In this document: positions 28,434 through 38,145 of the stretch, piece after piece
Numbering within the stretch: the first letter of the stretch is position 1
How the letters are laid out: each line of letters begins with the position of its first letter
Assembly (NCBI GenBank): GCA_013334765.1
Contig: JAAXWW010000002.1
Span: forward strand, 87,453 to 147,824
Reading direction: 5' to 3'
Source of the DNA: Candidatus Moraniibacteriota bacterium
GTDB lineage: Bacteria; Patescibacteriota; Minisyncoccia; Moranbacterales; UBA2206
Length of the DNA stretch: 60,372 nucleotides
Translations under genes and position numbers: made by a program
The notes under the pieces: generated by a model
Told to the model about the DNA's origin: nothing
The model's input: only the letters and a program-made list of their open reading frames with translations
Database searches by the model: none

Positions 28434-30167
28434 ATGGATACATCAAGAAAATCAAGCAGGCTTTCCCCTTTCGCCGCCTTCGGCCTTTTTGTTTTGGGAT
28501 TGGAATCATTATCGGTGATCCTCGCCATAGCGGGAATATTCTATCAATGGATAATCCTTGCCTATCTCATAATCGCCCTCTTTTCCCTTGGATTCGTTTT
28601 TCTGAAAAAAAACAAATATGAAGCGTCCTCCTTGTGGGTCGTTTCCTTTCTCATATTCATTTCCGTATTCTATGCCTGGAACGCCTCCCCTTCGATATTT
28701 TCCGGCAGAGACCAGGGATCATTCAGCGAGGCAGCCATAAGGCTCGCCGAGAATCACCGCCTGGAATTCAAAAACCCCGTCTCGGAAGAATTCTTCAAGA
28801 TATACGGTCCTGGCACAGCCCTTAACTTCCCGGGATTCAGCTATACGAAAGACGGCAGCCTGATGACCAATTTCTCTTTGGGATACATAAGCTGGCTGGC
28901 TGGATTCTATGCCTTGTTCGGCATGGCCGGCTTCTCCATTGCGAACGCACTAACATTGTTCCTGTTCCTGACCTCTTTCTATTTCCTTTTGCGCCAATAC
29001 ATGCGCGTTTCGCCAGCGCTGATCGGAATGCTTTTCATCCTTTCATCTTTCGTTTTCAATTGGCTTCCCAAGATCACTCTCGGAGAAAACCTGGCTATGG
29101 GATTCCTTTGGTTCGCGATCCTGGAGGCCGTCCTGTTCTTCAAAAAGAAAGAGAAGCTGCCTCTTTTCATTTCGATTTCGACGCTGCTCATCCTGACACT
29201 GACCAGGATCGAAAGCTGGGCCTTCCTTTCGATGCTTTTGATAGCTTTTCTCTGGCAGCAAAAATCATGGACGAAAGCATGGAAAATCCTGAAAGACAAG
29301 AAGTTCCTGATCGCGTTTTTCGCCATATCGGCGATTGTCGTTGCCGGCATCGTCAAGAACAACCCTTTCTATATATCTTCGCTCAAGGGACTCATCCATT
29401 CGTTCGAACCGCAAAAGGAAAGCCTGGGATTCATGGAACCCCTGCTTTACCTATGGAAAGTCCTGACCAATTATGCCATAATCGAATTCGTCATCCTCGG
29501 TTTTTCCGGAGTCGTCTATTTCATCAAAAAAAAGAAATATGACATGCTTGTCCCGGCGATCATCGTGCTTCCGTCGATAATTTATCTTGTCCATCCTGGC
29601 ATTTCCCCTGACCATCCCTGGATGCTTCGGAGATTCGCCTTTTCGGTCATCCCAGCCGGCATCCTCTATTCCATTTTTCTCCTGGAAAGTTTCTGCAAAA
29701 AAAGAATCCGGCTCTATATCGTTTCCATTCTCATAATTTTCACCAACATACTCATAACCGCTCCCTATTTCCAATTCAGGGAAAATGCGGAACTATTGAA
29801 ACAGACGGAAGATCTGAGCCGGAATTTCTCAGCAAACGACCTCGTGCTTCTCGACAGGGAAACTGATGGGGACGGCTGGAACATGATAAGCGGACCGATG
29901 AATTTCCTATTCCAAAAACAAGCCGTCTATTTTTTCAATCCGAACGACCTTTCCCGTATCGACACTTCCCGATTCGAACATGTCTATTTAATTTCTCCTG
30001 ATAGTAATATCGATTTCTATGAGAGATATCCTGCGTTCAGGAACCTATCGCCAATAAGCAGCTACTCCCTGACGACCTCTTTCTATGGGAATACCCTGGG
30101 ATACGCCGACCTTCCGATAATACAGGAAAAAACAACTGCAGGAGAAATATATCTATTAACCAAATAG
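28434..30167 (+). CDS. Polytopic membrane protein, GT-C (ArnT/GT39-like) glycosyltransferase candidate
   Basis: 577 aa with about 12 TM helices and a C-terminal soluble domain. The architecture resembles ArnT/PMT, but no strict motif was verified. Confidence 0.5.
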   Translation: MDTSRKSSRLSPFAAFGLFVLGLESLSVILAIAGIFYQWIILAYLIIALFSLGFVFLKKNKYEASSLWVVSFLIFISVFYAWNASPSIFSGRDQGSFSEAAIRLAENHRLEFKNPVSEEFFKIYGPGTALNFPGFSYTKDGSLMTNFSLGYISWLAGFYALFGMAGFSIANALTLFLFLTSFYFLLRQYMRVSPALIGMLFILSSFVFNWLPKITLGENLAMGFLWFAILEAVLFFKKKEKLPLFISISTLLILTLTRIESWAFLSMLLIAFLWQQKSWTKAWKILKDKKFLIAFFAISAIVVAGIVKNNPFYISSLKGLIHSFEPQKESLGFMEPLLYLWKVLTNYAIIEFVILGFSGVVYFIKKKKYDMLVPAIIVLPSIIYLVHPGISPDHPWMLRRFAFSVIPAGILYSIFLLESFCKKRIRLYIVSILIIFTNILITAPYFQFRENAELLKQTEDLSRNFSANDLVLLDRETDGDGWNMISGPMNFLFQKQAVYFFNPNDLSRIDTSRFEHVYLISPDSNIDFYERYPAFRNLSPISSYSLTTSFYGNTLGYADLPIIQEKTTAGEIYLLTK

Positions 30168-30170
30168 CCT

Positions 30171-31508
30171 ATGCTTGATTTCACGAAAGAGATCGCTCTC
30201 GACAAAAAAAAATACCGTATCTATCGAATGGCACAAGCCTGCGTCTATTCAGCGGCGATCCTTGCCGCCCTCTATCTGGCAGACTCGGTGCTTTTCCCGA
30301 GCGTTGATTTCAACTTCTCGTTTGCAGATCCGGCTTCCAGCAGGAACGGCTTCGTCCCCCAATACAGGGACGGAAGCGAGATGAAGAGCGGAAGGATTCC
30401 GAAAGGCAGCCAGATATATTTCGATACGGCGCTCTTGGGAAACTTCTCGCATGTCGAAATATCGCTCACTAGGGATCAGAATTTCAAGAAGCTCCAGAAC
30501 GTCAAGGTTGAAATGCGAAAATCATATCAGGCCTTCCTCTATCCGGAAGGCGCGCCTATCGGATTCAGGGATGGAACGCTCATCAAGAACAATGGGAAAT
30601 ATTACATTGTGTCGGGCGGGAAATTCAGGCAGTTCGGGAGCGACAAAATAATATCCGCTTTCGGATTTCCCAAAGACGCTTTCCTGGATGCAAGCGATGA
30701 TGACATGAAATACAACGAAGCGGGAGAAATGATCGCCGATTCCACGACATATCCTGATTTCTCCATCTTCAAGACAGCCGGAAGATACTATATCCTTGAA
30801 AACGGCATGCTCCGCGAATTCGTAAGCCAAGAGGCATACCTCAGCCGATACGAAGAAAACCAGGCCATTCCTAAGGACGAATCCTTCATCCGCTCATTCA
30901 CCCTTTCCAAAGAGCAGCTGGGATTCAGCGACGGGTCCCTGGTGGCCTATGGGACATCAGGATTCGTGGTGAGCGGCAAGGAAATCCTGCCTATCAGCAA
31001 CGCTGGCACATTCGTCGACAAAGGATTCAAATGGGAGGACATAAAAAACATAAGCGGCGATGAGTTCTCGCTCTATTCGCAAGCCTTGAAACATTTTTCA
31101 GATTCGTCTCCTCATCCTGACGGAACGATATTCCTTACGAGCGATACCCATCTGTGGTATATGGTCGAGGGAGAGCGGAAACATCCCCTCCCGTCCGATG
31201 CCATAGCCTCGACATGGATAAAAGGAAGAAGCCCGGTTACGGTTTCTTCCGCTGGAGCAGGCGTCCTTTCCTCGTGCATCATAAACGAGGACTCATCTGG
31301 AAAAACCTCATGTAAGCTCATCATTCCCCCATCCGCCTATCAGGAACTTCCGGGTGTGGACTATGAATTCGATATTGTTTCTGAAAACGACATGAAACTC
31401 ACCAACATAGAAGCGTTCTTCACCCAAGACATGACGAAAAACAACCTGAAGACATCGGTTCTGGGATTATTAAGAAGAATAAAATCCAACTATGGAAGCA
31501 CTCAATAA
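30171..31508 (+). CDS. Membrane-anchored extracytoplasmic protein with about four internal repeats, unknown function
   Basis: N-terminal TM helix (AQACVYSAAILAALYLADSVLF). Repeated units are GKYYIVSGGKFRQFGSDKII, GRYYILENGMLREFVSQEAY, SGFVVSGKEILPISNAGTF and HLWYMVEGERKHPLPSDAI. Confidence 0.5.
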   Translation: MLDFTKEIALDKKKYRIYRMAQACVYSAAILAALYLADSVLFPSVDFNFSFADPASSRNGFVPQYRDGSEMKSGRIPKGSQIYFDTALLGNFSHVEISLTRDQNFKKLQNVKVEMRKSYQAFLYPEGAPIGFRDGTLIKNNGKYYIVSGGKFRQFGSDKIISAFGFPKDAFLDASDDDMKYNEAGEMIADSTTYPDFSIFKTAGRYYILENGMLREFVSQEAYLSRYEENQAIPKDESFIRSFTLSKEQLGFSDGSLVAYGTSGFVVSGKEILPISNAGTFVDKGFKWEDIKNISGDEFSLYSQALKHFSDSSPHPDGTIFLTSDTHLWYMVEGERKHPLPSDAIASTWIKGRSPVTVSSAGAGVLSSCIINEDSSGKTSCKLIIPPSAYQELPGVDYEFDIVSENDMKLTNIEAFFTQDMTKNNLKTSVLGLLRRIKSNYGSTQ

Positions 31509-31932
31509 GATCAAGCGAATATTTCTCCCTGGCAAATGGGAGAAAGATGCCCTGCTCATAGCCTATAAAGCTCTCCACGACATCCTGTTCGTCGAGCTCC
31601 TGTTTTTCGCCTTGGCCATGTTCGCAGAAGGCGTGATTCCGGGAATCATAATCTCGCATATCGGCTTTTCCAAAATCGTCATCGCCATTGCCCTCACGAT
31701 GGTCGTCATGTCATATTTGGGAAACCTGCCAAAAATAAAAGAGTTGGCATTGACTGGAGAAAAAAAACAGACCAGGAAGATGGTCATCGCTTTTGTCTTT
31801 TTCGCCGCCTTGATAATGTTCAACAGCCAATTCAAAATGAACCTGATCCTCAACCTGTCCCTTATCGCTATTTCCTTGCTGATCGGATATTTCATCTTCC
31901 AAGTTCTCATGGAAGATGAAAAATCAAGCTAG
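31492..31932 (+). CDS. Small membrane protein (about four TM helices), unknown function
   Basis: 146-aa hydrophobic ORF that overlaps the upstream gene by 17 nt. Confidence 0.5.
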   Translation: MEALNKIKRIFLPGKWEKDALLIAYKALHDILFVELLFFALAMFAEGVIPGIIISHIGFSKIVIAIALTMVVMSYLGNLPKIKELALTGEKKQTRKMVIAFVFFAALIMFNSQFKMNLILNLSLIAISLLIGYFIFQVLMEDEKSS

Positions 31933-31944
31933 AAAAGACGGAAT

Positions 31945-31997
31945 AAAAAAAGCGGAATTATTCAGGAGAAACGCCTGCTGAAAAGTTCCGCTTTTTT
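31945..31997. terminator. Possible bidirectional terminator (long-loop hairpin)
   Basis: A-run, agcggaa, 28 nt (with inner cagg/cctg pairing), ttccgct, T5. Lies between convergent genes. Confidence 0.45.
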
Positions 31998-32013
31998 GCG
32001 CCCATCCAAGCAG

Positions 32014-33135
32014 CTAGCCTTTCAAGAACTCCAATGTCCTTTCAGCGCATTTCTCCCATGAGAAATCATTGGCACGCTCTCTGCCATTCCGAGCAAGTTC
32101 GGCTGCCAAAGCATCATTAGAAAGAAAGACCCCAATCTTCGAAACAAGATCATCGACACTGTTATTTTCAAAATAGAGCGCCGCGTCCCCTGCCACATCA
32201 GGAATGCTGGAATTCCTGGCAAGCACTGACGGAACGCCGGAAGCCAGCGCTTCAAGAATGGGAATGCCGAAACCTTCATAAAGGGAAGGCAGAACGAAAA
32301 CGCTCGCGCCTCCATATATCAATGCCAGATCAGAAAATCCCGCTTTTCCAACAAGTATTATGTCGCGGGAAAAAGGAGAATCCTGGATAGCCTGAATAGT
32401 CGGTTCCGACTGCCAAGCCGGTTCGCCTGCCAAAACCAGTTTGAGATCATTATTCTCTTTTTCCTTCTTCAATATCTCGAAAGCCTTTATCAGCAAGATG
32501 AGGTTCTTCCTTGGCTGGATAGCTCCCACGTGCAGAAGATACCTGCCGGCTGGAATTCCGTATTTCTTTCTGGCACCTTCCAGCCCTTCCTTTGAAAAAT
32601 CGCGGCCGAATGTCGAAGCATCGAAACCGAGCGGAATGACTTTTATTTTACCTTGTTCAATATCCGGATAGAATCTTGCGATATCTTTTTTGGTCGATTC
32701 AGAATCGGTAATGACTTTCGTAGCGTTCCTGATCGCAAAGTCTGCATAGAAATTCAAGCGCCTCAGATCTTTTTCTGGAAAATATTCCGGAAAGATCTTG
32801 AAAGCCAGATCGTGCACCGAAATCACCGTTTTCAATCCCTTTCTCCTCAGAACCGGCAGCGCCTGCATCGGCAGCCAAACAACATCCGGCTTGCCTTTCC
32901 ATATTTCATATGCGAACCTGGTCTGAGTCCAGAAAAACGGAAATCCTTTGGAAATCGCCCTGTAGTTCCCGAACTCTGGCGGAGCAAGGTTCGGATTGAA
33001 ATCACCTTTATGGTATATCAGGAATTCATCTTCTCTGCCAAGATTTCCGAAATGCTTCAGAAGATTCCATATATAAACCCGCGTACCGTCGATACGCGGG
33101 TGATCCAGATCAGCAGCTTGAATGGCGATTTTCAT
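32014..33135 (-). CDS. Glycosyltransferase family 4 (GT-B)
   Basis: HVGAIQPRKN and VLPSLYEGFGIPILEALASGVPSV (E-x7-E). Confidence 0.85.
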   Translation of the reverse strand: MKIAIQAADLDHPRIDGTRVYIWNLLKHFGNLGREDEFLIYHKGDFNPNLAPPEFGNYRAISKGFPFFWTQTRFAYEIWKGKPDVVWLPMQALPVLRRKGLKTVISVHDLAFKIFPEYFPEKDLRRLNFYADFAIRNATKVITDSESTKKDIARFYPDIEQGKIKVIPLGFDASTFGRDFSKEGLEGARKKYGIPAGRYLLHVGAIQPRKNLILLIKAFEILKKEKENNDLKLVLAGEPAWQSEPTIQAIQDSPFSRDIILVGKAGFSDLALIYGGASVFVLPSLYEGFGIPILEALASGVPSVLARNSSIPDVAGDAALYFENNSVDDLVSKIGVFLSNDALAAELARNGRERANDFSWEKCAERTLEFLKG

Positions 33136-33157
33136 ATCTAGGATTCAATAGGAATAG

Positions 33158-34024
33158 CTAACAGAGTTCTTTGAGGAATTTCTTGAGCTTTTCTCCGATT
33201 TCAGGATGCTTGAGCCCGAGCTTTATCGAAGCCTTGATGAAATTGAACTTGTCGCCCGTATCGAGCCATTCCCCCTCAAGCTCTTTCCCATATAGCGGAC
33301 GGTTGTTCCTGAGCATGATATCGAATGCATCCGCCAAGCGTATTTCCCCTGATTTGCCATGCTTCATATTGGCAAGTACCTCCATGACTTCCGGAGTGAT
33401 GATATATTTCCCGACTGCCACCAGATTGGAGGTGGCGTCCTCCGGCTTGGGCTTCTCGACCATTCCCTTGATTTCGAATACCGACTCATCCAGCTTTACC
33501 CCGTCGATCACTCCGAATTTCGAAACTTCCTGCTTGTCCACCTGGCTGAGCCCGATGACGCTGTCCCCATATTTCTCATATACCTCGATAAGCTGTTTGG
33601 ATGGAGGGCATATCCCGTCATAGAGGCAATCACCGAAAAGAACCAGCACCGGTTCATCCCCGACGATATGGGCCGCCTGCAGGATGGCATGACCGTCTCC
33701 AAGCGGCATCGGCTGCCTGACATAGGAGAATTTGGCCAGGCTTGAAATCTTCTGGACCTCATGCAGAAGCTCCTTCTTGTTCTTCTCAACCAAGGTCTCT
33801 TCCAGCTCGAATGATTTATCGAAATGATCCTCGATCGCCCTCTTTCCTCTTCCAGTCACGAAGATTATCTCTTCAATTCCGGAAGCGACCGCTTCCTCAA
33901 CCAGATATTGAATAACCGGCTTATCCACAACCGGCAGCATCTCTTTGGGCTGAGCCTTAGTGGCCGGCAAGAACCTGGTTCCGAATCCCGCTACGGGAAG
34001 AATCGCTTTTTTTATTTTCTGCAT
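33158..34024 (-). CDS. galU: UTP--glucose-1-phosphate uridylyltransferase
   Basis: KKAILPVAGFGTRFLPATKAQPKEMLPVVDKPVIQYLVEEA and VEKP. Confidence 0.9.
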   Translation of the reverse strand: MQKIKKAILPVAGFGTRFLPATKAQPKEMLPVVDKPVIQYLVEEAVASGIEEIIFVTGRGKRAIEDHFDKSFELEETLVEKNKKELLHEVQKISSLAKFSYVRQPMPLGDGHAILQAAHIVGDEPVLVLFGDCLYDGICPPSKQLIEVYEKYGDSVIGLSQVDKQEVSKFGVIDGVKLDESVFEIKGMVEKPKPEDATSNLVAVGKYIITPEVMEVLANMKHGKSGEIRLADAFDIMLRNNRPLYGKELEGEWLDTGDKFNFIKASIKLGLKHPEIGEKLKKFLKELC

Positions 34025-34073
34025 ACTGTTTCAGAGCATAATCCAGAAGCCAAGCTTATTGCTCTCAAAGAGG

Positions 34074-34156
34074 TTTCTCATAGAGGATGCTTTTTACTTG
34101 CCTTTCGTTCGCTTCGCTCACACGGAAGCCGCAAAATAGCATCCTCTATGAGAAAC
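34074..34156. repeat. Perfect 19-bp inverted repeat with a 45-nt spacer (structured RNA or MITE-like element candidate)
   Basis: gtttctcatagaggatgct (34074-34092) pairs with agcatcctctatgagaaac (34138-34156). The spacer contains an inner gcttc/gaagc pairing. Confidence 0.6.
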
Positions 34157-34185
34157 CGACTGCCTGGAAACACCCGTCTTACGAA

Positions 34186-34983
34186 TTATAATAATCTTTT
34201 TTTCGCCATGGCTTTCAGTTCTTCATTGAACTCGAAAATAGCATCATTGATCATCGGATCGAAATTCTTGTATATCTCTTTCTCCTTCACGATCCTGCCC
34301 GCTTCCATAAGAGTATCGAACGTTCCGGCATCCAGCCATTCTCCATCGAAAGGACTGACCTTCAGCTCTCCCCGCTTCAGATAATAATTATGGATTTCCG
34401 TTATCTCGATCTCGCCCCTCTCTGAAGGCTTGGCCGTCATCGCCGCTTCGACCGCCCGATTATCGAAAACATACAGCCCCGGAATCGCATAATCGCTTAT
34501 CCACTCCTTTGGTTTTTCGACGATCTCAACCGCATTGTTATCCTCATCGAACTTGACCACCCCATACCTTTCAGGATCAGGAACCTTCTTGGCAAAAATC
34601 AATCCGCCTTTCTCGAAATTCCTGATCTCATCGGAAAAATCCTTTTCGAAAATATTATCCCCGAGAACCATCGTCACATCATCCCGCCCGATGAAAGGCG
34701 CTCCCAGAATGAAAGCCTCAGCCAAGCCGCGCGGAACCTTCTGCACTTCGAAATAGATATGCACCCCTCGGCTCTTGAAAACCGAACCCAGGAGATTCAG
34801 GTATTGCCCGCTATGCTCCGGCGCCACAATCAGCAGGATGTCCCTTATCCCGGCCCTGATAAGAGTGTTCAGCGGATAGAAAATCATCTGACGATCATAG
34901 ATCGGCAGAAGCTGCTTGGATGTCGTAGCTGTCAGAGGAAAAAGCCTCGTTGCCGTCCCGCCTGACAATATTATGCCTTTCAT
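34186..34983 (-). CDS. rfbA: Glucose-1-phosphate thymidylyltransferase-like sugar nucleotidyltransferase (short form)
   Basis: MKGIILSGGTATRLFPLTATTSKQLLPIYDRQMIFYPLNTLIRAGIRDILLIV. Confidence 0.75.
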   Translation of the reverse strand: MKGIILSGGTATRLFPLTATTSKQLLPIYDRQMIFYPLNTLIRAGIRDILLIVAPEHSGQYLNLLGSVFKSRGVHIYFEVQKVPRGLAEAFILGAPFIGRDDVTMVLGDNIFEKDFSDEIRNFEKGGLIFAKKVPDPERYGVVKFDEDNNAVEIVEKPKEWISDYAIPGLYVFDNRAVEAAMTAKPSERGEIEITEIHNYYLKRGELKVSPFDGEWLDAGTFDTLMEAGRIVKEKEIYKNFDPMINDAIFEFNEELKAMAKKRLL

Positions 34984-34990
34984 AGTTCGT

Positions 34991-36235
34991 TTATTTGATG
35001 TTCTTATATATCGGAAACTTCTTGCAAAGAGTCACAACCTCTTTCTTGATTTCCCTGATCCTTTTCTTGTCCTCACGGTTCTCGATAGCATCATTAATGA
35101 GCCGCGCGATTGTCCTGATTTCTTTTTCCTTCATCCCGCGGGTCGTCACTGCCGGAACGCCGATCCTCACTCCGCTCGGATCCATCGGGCCTCTCGGATC
35201 ATCCGGAATCATGTTTTTGTTGAGTGTCATCCCCACTTCATCCAGGATCTTCTCCGCTTCCTTTCCAGTCACTCCTTTCGAAGAAAACACGTCGACCAGG
35301 ATCATATGATTGTCAGTTCCGCCGAACATGATCTTGAAGCCGTGCTTCATCATCTCTATTTCCAAGATCTTGGCGTTCTTGATGATCTGCGCGGCATATT
35401 TCTTGAAAGACGGCTTCAAAGCCTCGCCGAAAGCGACAGCCTTGGCAGCGATATTGTTTTCATGCGGTCCGCCCTGGAACCCCGGGAAAGTGGATTTATC
35501 GATAGCCTTGGCGAATTCCTGCTTGCACATGATCATGCCGCCGCGCGGCCCACGAAGGGTCTTGTGAGTCGTAGTGGTCACGATATCGAAATACGGCACC
35601 GGATTCGGAATAGCTCCTCCAGCGATGAGTCCTGCGATATGAGCAATATCGATCATCGTTATTGCCCCGACTTTCTTGGCTATTTTCTGGAATTTCTTGT
35701 AATCCAACTGCCTGGTGTATGCCGAGAATCCAGCCAGGATCATCTTCGGCTTTTCCTTGATGGCCATTTCCTCCAACGCCTTATAATCTATTTTCCCGTC
35801 TTTTCCGGTCTTGTAGCGAACGAAGTCATATATCTTGGCGCTGAGCGTCACCGGATGGCCGTGAGTCAGATGGCCTCCGTGAGACAGGTCCATTCCCAGG
35901 ACCTTGTCGCCGGGATTCAAGACTGCGGCATAGGCGATCATATTGGCAGGTGCGCCGGACAGCGGCTGGACATTCACATGTTCCGCCCCGAAAAGTTTCT
36001 TGGCGCGCTCGATTGCCAGAGTCTCAACCACGTCCGTATATTCCTGACCGCCATAATACCTCTTTCCAGGATAGCCTTCGCTGTATTTGTTGGTAAAGAC
36101 CGACCCGAGCGCCTCCAGCACGGCCTCTGAAACATAGTTCTCCGAAGCGATAAGTTCCATTCCCTCTTGCTGCCTTTTGAGCTCCCCCATAGCGGCTTTA
36201 TACACGGCCGAATCCTGCTTTTTCAAGTTTTTCAT
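34991..36235 (-). CDS. glyA: Serine hydroxymethyltransferase
   Basis: ELIASENY, GYPGKRYYGG and TTTTHKTLRGPRGG (PLP Lys). Confidence 0.95.
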   Translation of the reverse strand: MKNLKKQDSAVYKAAMGELKRQQEGMELIASENYVSEAVLEALGSVFTNKYSEGYPGKRYYGGQEYTDVVETLAIERAKKLFGAEHVNVQPLSGAPANMIAYAAVLNPGDKVLGMDLSHGGHLTHGHPVTLSAKIYDFVRYKTGKDGKIDYKALEEMAIKEKPKMILAGFSAYTRQLDYKKFQKIAKKVGAITMIDIAHIAGLIAGGAIPNPVPYFDIVTTTTHKTLRGPRGGMIMCKQEFAKAIDKSTFPGFQGGPHENNIAAKAVAFGEALKPSFKKYAAQIIKNAKILEIEMMKHGFKIMFGGTDNHMILVDVFSSKGVTGKEAEKILDEVGMTLNKNMIPDDPRGPMDPSGVRIGVPAVTTRGMKEKEIRTIARLINDAIENREDKKRIREIKKEVVTLCKKFPIYKNIK

Positions 36236-36330
36236 AATTTTGAAAGCTAAAAATAAATAAAATCATAAGACTCATCTGCTCCTGCAATTGTCGCATCGAT
36301 CTCAGCTCATATGTTTTTCCAATTTAGCTT

Positions 36331-37275
36331 CTATTTTCTGACCTCTTTCAGATAGTCCTTCAGGGCCTCTTCCCATTTCCGCATCGGATTCAGTTTGGTG
36401 TTGATGAGCGCCGAATAGAACGGGCGCCTGGCAGAACGCTTCAATTCGCCCGCAAAAATAAGGGTCACTTTGGTTTTGATTTTGGCCTGCCTATACAATT
36501 CAAGAACCGCCTCATACCAAGTCGCCGGTCCGGTGTTGGCCACATGATATATGCCGAACGCCTTTTTCGATTCGATAATCTCCTTCGTCTTTTTGGCAAG
36601 ATCCGGCGCATAGGTGAAACAGCTCACCTCCTCGTCTATGACCTTCACTTTTCCGCCAGCCGGCGGATTTTTTCCCTGCTCTAGCATCAGGTCGAAAAAA
36701 CTCCTGTTCGGTTCTTTCGCATCCGCAGGACGGCCGAACAATTTGGAAGTGCGGATGATATAATATTCGCCTATGTTCTTGATCACATTCTTTTCACCAA
36801 GAAGCCTGCTTTCCCCATAATTGGAGATCGGATCGGGCATATCGTCTTCCTTAAATCCGATTTCCGGAGTGAATCCTTCATGCAGCCCGCACGTAGCGCA
36901 GGAATGGCTGCACCCTTCCGGTTCAGGGATTTCGGGTTCGCCATTGAAAACATAGTCCGAGGAATAATGCACCAGGACAGCGCCGGCCTTCTTGGCAGCT
37001 TTCGCCAAATATCCGGGAGCAAGACCGTTCAGTTTCTTAGCCTTTTCATATTCCGATTTGCTGTCCTCGCATTTGTCTATCGCGTCATATGTCTCGGTAT
37101 TGAGGATGATGTCCGGCTTCAATTCGGAAATCTTCTTCTTCACGTCCTTTTCGTCCGTGATGTCGATGTCCTTCTCATCCCAAGCGATCACATCGAAAGC
37201 CTCGTCCTGGCTGAACAGCAAGGCCAGCTCCTGGCCAAGTGTCCCATTGGCACCTATGATAATAATCTTTTGCAT
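36331..37275 (-). CDS. RmlD-like (dTDP-4-dehydrorhamnose reductase family) SDR with a Cys-rich insertion and YxxxR instead of YxxxK
   Basis: IIIIGANGTLG and SSDYVFNGE. A ~25-aa insertion contains CSHSCATC, and the catalytic motif reads YGESRLLGE. Confidence 0.65.
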   Translation of the reverse strand: MQKIIIIGANGTLGQELALLFSQDEAFDVIAWDEKDIDITDEKDVKKKISELKPDIILNTETYDAIDKCEDSKSEYEKAKKLNGLAPGYLAKAAKKAGAVLVHYSSDYVFNGEPEIPEPEGCSHSCATCGLHEGFTPEIGFKEDDMPDPISNYGESRLLGEKNVIKNIGEYYIIRTSKLFGRPADAKEPNRSFFDLMLEQGKNPPAGGKVKVIDEEVSCFTYAPDLAKKTKEIIESKKAFGIYHVANTGPATWYEAVLELYRQAKIKTKVTLIFAGELKRSARRPFYSALINTKLNPMRKWEEALKDYLKEVRK

Positions 37276-37444
37276 AATATATTGTTAATACCAGGAAATC
37301 TGGCATGGAAGTTAAGGAAATTAGCACCTATTGAAACTGCCCCTCTATTTTACCCCACAAGGCAAAAAGTTCAAAATGACCCGAAAAAGACGAAAAATCC
37401 TGCAGATTGTGCCGGGTTTTGACAGATCATTAAGTATTAGAGAA

Positions 37445-38083
37445 TCATTTTTCTTTAACTTTATCAAGATCATCCAATGAGAACCCCAGGTCATTGAAAA
37501 TAATATCCCTAAGATATATCCCTCCTACAAAAAGAACCGCGTCTATATCAGCTCCGGATTTAAAAGCACCATCTTTCAAGCGCTCCACAATCTCAGGACA
37601 ATGCTTTTGCAGATCTCTCACTGTCTTAAGTATCTCTATTTCTGCATCATAAGCATTATTTCTGTTGTTTCTTTTTACAAGATCAAGTAATTTATCCCTA
37701 TTTTCATCAATAATACTTTTTATTCCACTATTAATAAGCACGTCATTACCTCTCGTATTAAGTTTACGAGGAGAACTAGATGGAGCCAATTTATCCTTCC
37801 ACATACTTCCAACACGATCTTCTACCACAACAAACCTCTCTCGGACATCTTTCAAGTCTGGTTCTATCTTCTTATCCAAAGAATCCTTTATCCCGCACAT
37901 TGAAGCATGCATCCTCCCATAAGCAATTCCAAGACTTATCAATATTACAGCCAAACCAAAGACAGATTCCCAAAAACCTATCTCTATATTTCGCGAAGCA
38001 CCTGGCTCTATAGAATGAGTATCATTTGGATATACCGTACCAGACTGCAGGTTAGCTGAAGATAATTTATTTTGGCTATCCAT
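37445..38083 (-). CDS. Single-TM protein, unknown function
   Basis: 212-aa ORF with a TM helix FWESVFGLAVILISLGIAYG. Lower-GC region. No family recognised. Confidence 0.5.
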   Translation of the reverse strand: MDSQNKLSSANLQSGTVYPNDTHSIEPGASRNIEIGFWESVFGLAVILISLGIAYGRMHASMCGIKDSLDKKIEPDLKDVRERFVVVEDRVGSMWKDKLAPSSSPRKLNTRGNDVLINSGIKSIIDENRDKLLDLVKRNNRNNAYDAEIEILKTVRDLQKHCPEIVERLKDGAFKSGADIDAVLFVGGIYLRDIIFNDLGFSLDDLDKVKEK

Positions 38084-38145
38084 ATTTATTTATTCTTTAT
38101 TCTATATACATTATATCATTATCGCATTATAGCAAAAAAGATTCG

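Noticed and set aside
34916-36130. 404-aa plus-strand ORF
   Set aside because: It lies entirely antisense to glyA, whose product carries unambiguous SHMT motifs. The antisense translation is low-complexity (rich in R, H, L, S) with no recognisable motif. I treat it as a shadow ORF.
36236-36330. Possible riboswitch (ZTP/pfl, THF or glycine) in the glyA leader
   Set aside because: I could not find the conserved cores I remember for these classes (for example the CCGCCUGGGC-type 3' element of pfl) and saw no convincing stems. Without a covariance-model scan I will not call it.
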